The notes below the pieces were generated by a model that saw only the letters and a list, made by a program, of their open reading frames with translations, searched no databases and was not told the DNA's origin. 22,750 bases of DNA from an uncultured archaeon. GTDB lineage: Archaea > Asgardarchaeota > Thorarchaeia > Thorarchaeales > CAZPUN01. Shown here piece by piece: positions 17,871 through 22,750 of this stretch. Position 1 is the first letter of the stretch. Each line of letters starts with the position of its first letter. The position numbers were made by a program, and so were the translations under genes. Where the stretch lies: NCBI GenBank assembly GCA_964589775.1, contig CAZPUN010000024.1, positions 1-22,750 on the forward strand, given 5' to 3'.

Positions 17871-18401
17871 ATGTCTGATCCCATGGAATATTTGTGTAAA
17901 AGTCTTTCATATGAAGATGGTAAATTACTACATTATGGAAAACGTATGTTACTCATTCCATTTTCATGGTTAATAAATTTACAAAAGGAGATTGAGAACA
18001 TTCTAGGTCCCGACGGTGCATATGTGCTAATCAAGAATGCCTCATACAAAGGCGGGCTTGAAATGGCAAAAGACATTGAGCGATTTTTCAAAGATTTACC
18101 CCCTGAACAAAAGATTGCAGCATTTTTGAAGCTTGGAAATATTACTGGTTGGGGAAAGCTCTCTCTAGAAAAGTTTCAATTAGATCCATTAGAAGTCGTA
18201 ATAAAATCAGAACATTCTTATGTAGAAGGAGCCTATGAAGGCGAATCAGAAGGAAAATGCTATTTCAGTTCATTAGTTACATCTGCCGTTGAGCAATACG
18301 TAAAGAATGTTGGCAACATTGACTATGAAATTGAAACCGTAGAAACAAAATGTATTGCAATGGGCGACCCCTATTGTGAACTTGTAATTAGAAAGGCATA
18401 A
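17871..18401 (+). CDS. Stand-alone V4R domain protein, paralogue 3
   Basis: TGWGK, GKCYF, ETKCIAMGDPYCEL; GGTGA SD upstream and its own TATA-like tract near 17795-17804. Confidence 0.9.
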   Translation: MSDPMEYLCKSLSYEDGKLLHYGKRMLLIPFSWLINLQKEIENILGPDGAYVLIKNASYKGGLEMAKDIERFFKDLPPEQKIAAFLKLGNITGWGKLSLEKFQLDPLEVVIKSEHSYVEGAYEGESEGKCYFSSLVTSAVEQYVKNVGNIDYEIETVETKCIAMGDPYCELVIRKA

Positions 18402-18499
18402 CCCTTTCTATGTTCTTTTTTATATGATTCTATATTGATGGTATATTTTTCGGTATTACAATCTTCTATCGTGTTTCACAAATAGGAAAAATAAGAGGG

Positions 18500-19702
18500 T
18501 TATTTATTTCCTAAGAATTTTAATGTTGTATATGTCATTACTGCGACACCATAAGGTAAAGCATCTTCATCAATGTTGAATTTTGGTGAATGATTTGGTT
18601 CAGTACAGCCTTTTTGCTCGTTTTTGCCTCCAAGCCAGAACATAGCCACTGGAATCTTGCCATTATTACTAAACTCAAAAAAGTCTTCTGCACCCATTGA
18701 TGGACGATCTAATTCAAAGTATTTTTCACCAAAGAGTTCTATTGTAGAGTTTTTGATTAGCTCGAACAATTCTTTATCATTGACTCCTGGAGAATAACCT
18801 CTTTCAATACGTGTCTCGACTTTGCCTCCGAAGGCTTCAGCGATCTTATTGGCTACTTCGGGGATTTTCTTCAGCAAGTCCTCCCGTATTTCGGGATTCA
18901 TGGTTCTTAAGGTGGCTTCTATGTTTGCAAAATCCGGAATAACATTGAATCTTTCCCCGGCAACTACTTTTCCTACCGTAAATACTACGCGTTCGATTGG
19001 ATCAACGTATCTTGTTATCCAACCATAGATAGAAGTTATAATTTGGGCTGCAATATATATTGGATCGACGGTTTCATGAGGTGCTGCTGCATGGCCTCCT
19101 TTTCCCATTATTTTGAATCTCAAAATATCTGAAGATGCAGTGAACTCACCGTATAGCGTTGAAATTACTCCTGTAGGTTTCTGTGTATGTACGTGTACTG
19201 CCAGAGCCGCATCGATTTTGTAATTTTCACGAGTTCCAAGTACTCCACTTTCAACAATTGGTCTTGCACCGCCTGGACCTTCCTCAGCAGGTTGAAAAAC
19301 AAAATAAACAGTTCCGGAAAATTCATCTTTTATCTCATTTAGAATTCGTAGAGTTGTAAGGAGCATAGCAATATGCGTATCGTGACCACAGGCATGCATA
19401 ACGCCTTCATTCTTCGATTTGTAGGGCACATCATTCAATTCCTTTACCGGAAGCGCATCCATGTCTGCACGCAACAAAATGGATTTTCCGGGACCTTTGC
19501 CTTCAATTTTTCCTACAATCCCTGTTTTTGCAATCCCTTTTTGATAATTGATGCCGAACTTATCAAGATATTCTGCTATGTATTTTGAAGTTTCAAATTC
19601 CTTGAATCCAAGTTCTGGATATTCATGAAAATGTCGCCTAAGGCGAATGGTTTCTTCTTTTAAAGCGAAAGCCTTCTCTTTTATTAATTCCTTTGTTATC
19701 AT
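18500..19702 (-). CDS. M20 family (aminoacylase-1/M20D-like) amidohydrolase
   Basis: RRHFHEYPELGFKE, LLRADMDALP, MHACGHDTH, FQPAEEG, GKGGHAAAPH, GAEDF, NHSPKF. Confidence 0.95.
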   Translation of the reverse strand: MITKELIKEKAFALKEETIRLRRHFHEYPELGFKEFETSKYIAEYLDKFGINYQKGIAKTGIVGKIEGKGPGKSILLRADMDALPVKELNDVPYKSKNEGVMHACGHDTHIAMLLTTLRILNEIKDEFSGTVYFVFQPAEEGPGGARPIVESGVLGTRENYKIDAALAVHVHTQKPTGVISTLYGEFTASSDILRFKIMGKGGHAAAPHETVDPIYIAAQIITSIYGWITRYVDPIERVVFTVGKVVAGERFNVIPDFANIEATLRTMNPEIREDLLKKIPEVANKIAEAFGGKVETRIERGYSPGVNDKELFELIKNSTIELFGEKYFELDRPSMGAEDFFEFSNNGKIPVAMFWLGGKNEQKGCTEPNHSPKFNIDEDALPYGVAVMTYTTLKFLGNK

Positions 19703-19858
19703 TCTTTCAGACTCCGCTCTTCATAATACTTTAAATGATGTTATTTTGTATATTTATTTGTTATATTATAGATGAAAATAATGCCCGAATGGTCTGGCTG
19801 TGCAAAAGAACATGAAGATAGGCTAAATTTGTATTTGAACCGGGAGAAATATTGACTT

Positions 19859-20130
19859 ATGTATATATTCATCTTTATAAAAGTATACAGAAAATTTGTG
19901 CAGCGTGCAATTGAGAATTTTAACGAATATGTTGCCGTGATATTGATCGGTAGCAGGGCAAAAGGGACTCCCAAGCCTTATATTGATTACAATGTTCTGG
20001 TTTGATGCAATATGCTAAATTCAATATTTCTGACAAAGTAATTCAGCAAATGCTTGAAGGTCATAAATTTTGCATGATGGTCTTAAAATTTTTGATCGCA
20101 TGAGTGTTCAAGATTCATATTCTAAAAATT
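19859..20130 (+). pseudogene. Decayed minimal nucleotidyltransferase (MNT antitoxin-like) gene
   Basis: 19859..20005 reads ...YVAVILIGSRAKGTPKPYIDYNVLV* (GS..G...DxD motif, second Asp changed to Asn, then TGA). A fragment ILHDGLKIFDRM follows after further stops. End coordinate approximate. Confidence 0.7.
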
Positions 20131-20187
20131 GCATTATCTATAAATAATATATAGGATATATTTTATTGCTTCTTTGGTGAATTTTGC

Positions 20188-21051
20188 TTGCACGAACGAA
20201 TTAAAGCTCAAATTGCAATGATTACTGCTGCTGTGATTTGGGGTACATCATTTCCAGTTGGAAGATTTGGCGTATTATATAGTGATCCATTAGCATTTGT
20301 AATAATTCGTTTTTCCATTGCATCACTTATTCTACTACCATATACTTATAATATAATCAAGAAGACTGGTTTTGGTCTAAATATCAGATGGTTGATTATT
20401 CTTGGTGCTACAAATGCATTTTCATACGCGCTCCAATATCTTGGGCTCCAACTTACAACTGCGAGTAAAACGTCTGTAATAATAAATTCGTATGTAATTG
20501 TAGTTGCCCTACTAGCACATTTTATGCTTGATGAGCGTCTAAAACCTAAGCAAATTCTGGGAATTTTTATTGGTCTTATTGGCATTGTTCTTATGTTTTC
20601 TGAAGGAAATCCTTTGATGCTGTTCGAAAACTTGAATTTGGGAGACTTTTTCTGTGTCGTTGCAAGCATAAGTTGGGGTATATATATTGTTTATACCCGA
20701 CGAATTATGCGTGAGCAGGCAAGTTCGCCTGTTGTAACAGGTATTGTATTGATTGAGACCGGGCTCTTTCTTCAAGGTGCTTGGCTGCTAATTCCTGAAC
20801 CCACAAACGCAATATTGCTTCCTACGGAGGCTGTTTTCGCCGTTCTATATTTGGCAATTGCATGTACAATTTTGGCATTTTTGCTATACAACTATGCTCT
20901 GAAGCAATTAGGAGCTACAACCTCTTCAGTATATACATTATTAGAAATAGTTTCTGCAGTGTTTGTCTCGATAATTTTTCTGAATGAAGTGATTACTATC
21001 TGGCTTTTAATCGGAATTATTTCGGTATTCATGGCAATCTTATTAGTATAA
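20188..21051 (+). CDS. EamA/DMT-family transporter
   Basis: AVIWGTSFP, IIRFSIA, GLQLTTASKTSVI, GDFFCVVASISWGIY, LYNYALKQLGA, FLNE; GGTGA SD before the TTG start. Confidence 0.93.
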   Translation: MHERIKAQIAMITAAVIWGTSFPVGRFGVLYSDPLAFVIIRFSIASLILLPYTYNIIKKTGFGLNIRWLIILGATNAFSYALQYLGLQLTTASKTSVIINSYVIVVALLAHFMLDERLKPKQILGIFIGLIGIVLMFSEGNPLMLFENLNLGDFFCVVASISWGIYIVYTRRIMREQASSPVVTGIVLIETGLFLQGAWLLIPEPTNAILLPTEAVFAVLYLAIACTILAFLLYNYALKQLGATTSSVYTLLEIVSAVFVSIIFLNEVITIWLLIGIISVFMAILLV

Positions 21052-21189
21052 GCCAATTTTCTTCTTTTTTATTTATCAATTCTAAAGTTTTAATATTTCA
21101 TTATTAGATTTTGTAAATTTTTCAAATTTGACCGATACTGTTAAATTTCATGGATACTATTATTATCATAAAAAAGCGAGGGAAAACAA

Positions 21190-21723
21190 TTGGATGAGGT
21201 AAAACCCCATATCAAAATGAAGCGTATGGGGCTAAAGCGTGGTTGGATATTTGATGATAATTTAAGAAGGTCTTGCCAAGCAATTATACAATTATATGCA
21301 GTAGATTGTCCATACTCAGGTTTATGGTTTATGCGAATTGATGAGCTTCCCGGAGAACATACTCTATATGTAACTCCGATCTTCTCAAGTGGTTCTACAA
21401 AAACTCACGCGTATATTGAAAACCAAGTAGATATATTTAAAAAAGCAATTGATAGAGAACGTTATTATCATATACTGCGTATTAATAATTATGAGACTAT
21501 AAATCCTAAAGGTCCTGTAATAGGTCCAATTGAGGAAATTCCTATTGAAATCCGAGAAAATTATGAACTTCAACGTTATTTTGATGTAACAGGTAATTTG
21601 CGAACGCCCCTTAGAAACGCATGGGTTGCATTAGTAGAGCCTAATGATTTCGAAAGTATGATAAGATTGTTCTTCTATGAACGTATATGGCCTATAAAAG
21701 ATTATGTTCTTGAAGAATATTAA
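21190..21723 (+). CDS. Hypothetical soluble protein
   Basis: 177-aa ORF with protein-like composition and GAGGG SD before the TTG start; no family recognised. Confidence 0.7.
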   Translation: MDEVKPHIKMKRMGLKRGWIFDDNLRRSCQAIIQLYAVDCPYSGLWFMRIDELPGEHTLYVTPIFSSGSTKTHAYIENQVDIFKKAIDRERYYHILRINNYETINPKGPVIGPIEEIPIEIRENYELQRYFDVTGNLRTPLRNAWVALVEPNDFESMIRLFFYERIWPIKDYVLEEY

Positions 21724-21981
21724 TTCTTCAATCTTTTATATACTGTCTCTCTATTATCAACTTGTAATATTTCAATCTCAGAAAATTCAAAATCAATAGA
21801 AAAAATAATGCGATATTTTCGCATTCTGACATATTATGTATTTTTTTAATTTGTTTGATTTTAAAGGGATTAATTCAAGGCCATACATGATGTCTTTAAT
21901 CTTTTTTTGGTCTTATCGCTTTATTTCTTTGATTGCGATTTTTAAAAATCTTATTTGGACTATTTTAATCAAGAACTTCAT
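21720..21981 (-). pseudogene. relE: RelE/ParE-family toxin pseudogene
   Basis: ATG at 21981 overlaps the end of the antitoxin ORF; in-frame TAA at 21913-21915; frameshift near 21830-21850. The C-terminal frame reads YVRMRKYRIIFSIDFEFSEIEILQVDNRETVYKRLKN*, a typical RelE tail. Confidence 0.8.
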
Positions 21982-22153
21982 CAATTGAACACCAATTGCC
22001 TTTTTTCATATCTTTTTTTATTGCTTTTAAGATTTGTAATTCACATGTGGGTAATTCTTCAAAGCCATCAAAGTTTTTTTCGAATGATTTTAATATTTTG
22101 GAATCTTGTATATGGATTTTTATTTGGTTTATTATATCAGTACGCGAAGACAT
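21965..22153 (-). CDS. Putative RelB-like antitoxin
   Basis: 62 aa directly upstream of and overlapping the relE remnant. C-terminus EELPTCELQILKAIKKDMKKGNWCSIDEVLD fits archaeal antitoxin tails; GAGG SD upstream. Confidence 0.65.
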   Translation of the reverse strand: MSSRTDIINQIKIHIQDSKILKSFEKNFDGFEELPTCELQILKAIKKDMKKGNWCSIDEVLD

Positions 22154-22354
22154 ACTTTACGCCTCATTAAAACCTCATATGTGCCATTCATATATATTCA
22201 TGAGTATTTTGTCGTAATGTCATTTTGCAAATAGATGTAGAATTTTTAATATTTTTCTGATTTGATGCTATTTGAGTTTTTAAATCTTAAATCAAAAATA
22301 ATTTATATTGCTTTTTCATAGAATTCCGTTTAGAACTATATGAAGGCAAATACC

Positions 22355-22750
22355 ATGAAATGGGTAACTCGAGAAAAAGCGAGTGTCGATAGAATTGCTT
22401 GCCCATGGTTGATCAAGCGTTTTGTCGATGCCGATGCTGAATTCCTTTTTGTTCCACGGGACAAAGTCCTTGAAGTTGCTGAGAAGGAAGATGCAATTCC
22501 TTTTGATTATCCCGGTGTTGAACTTGGGCATCATAATGGAAAATGCAGCTTTGAAGCAATAGTTGAAAAATACAACATTACAGACCCTGCTGTCAAATGT
22601 ATCGCAGAAATTGTGCATGGTGCAGATGTTGATGAAGATCTGCACAAGATTCCCGAGTCTGCAGGATTAAAAGCAATTGCATTTGGATTCAAATATCTCA
22701 TTGATGATGACCACAAGAAGATGGAACTAGAGTTTCCAGTCTATGATGCA
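22355..22750 (+). CDS. Chromate resistance protein, stand-alone ChrB C-terminal domain (ChrF-type); 3'-truncated by the window edge
   Basis: Manual translation: MKWVTREKASVDRIACPWLIKRFVDADAEFLFV...AIPFDYPGVELGHHNGKCSFEAI...IAEIVHGAD...PESAGL...VYDA. Not in the ORF track because no stop lies in the window; alternative in-frame ATG at 22340. Confidence 0.9.
   Translation, partial: MKWVTREKASVDRIACPWLIKRFVDADAEFLFVPRDKVLEVAEKEDAIPFDYPGVELGHHNGKCSFEAIVEKYNITDPAVKCIAEIVHGADVDEDLHKIPESAGLKAIAFGFKYLIDDDHKKMELEFPVYDA

Noticed and set aside
19741-19974. 77-aa minus-strand ORF upstream of the amidohydrolase
   Set aside because: Antisense to the MNT remnant; no motif support.
20003-20005. TGA as a selenocysteine codon in the MNT-like ORF
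   Set aside because: The position is not a Cys-equivalent site, further stops follow shortly, and the catalytic motif is already mutated.
21955-22217. + strand ORFs 21955..22170 and 21996..22217
   Set aside because: Antisense to the antitoxin/toxin pair, which has better motif and SD support.
22316-22716. Minus-strand ORFs 22316..22645 and 22531..22716
   Set aside because: Antisense to the clearly recognisable ChrB-domain gene.

Overview
AT-rich prokaryotic window with archaeal-style signals: TATA-like boxes, GGTGA/GAGG Shine-Dalgarno motifs, T-tract terminators and frequent TTG/GTG starts. The gene content (small-GTPase-like ORF, tandem V4R genes, giant FG-GAP surface protein, SSUH2-like Zn-finger protein) suggests an Asgard archaeon; this is an inference. 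The ordinary genes are two EamA/DMT transporters, an APC amino-acid permease, an ECF S-component, a PEMT/ICMT-family methyltransferase, a tandem Lrp/AsnC-type regulator, an M20 amidohydrolase, a ferric-reductase-like membrane protein and a 3'-truncated ChrB-domain gene absent from the ORF track. There are also two decayed toxin-antitoxin remnants (MNT and RelE pseudogenes). The most striking feature is a 1970-aa protein with a signal peptide, two FG-GAP beta-propeller regions, eight Ig-like repeats and a C-terminal 7-TM bundle with GPCR-like topology, i.e. an adhesion-receptor-like architecture. It is encoded tail-to-tail with a Rab-like protein that has lost its GTP-binding motifs. Also notable are a secreted Ig-domain metacaspase, three diversified V4R paralogues and an SSUH2-like protein. 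No rRNA, tRNA, CRISPR array or intact mobile element was seen. All family calls come from motif recognition by eye; no searches were run.
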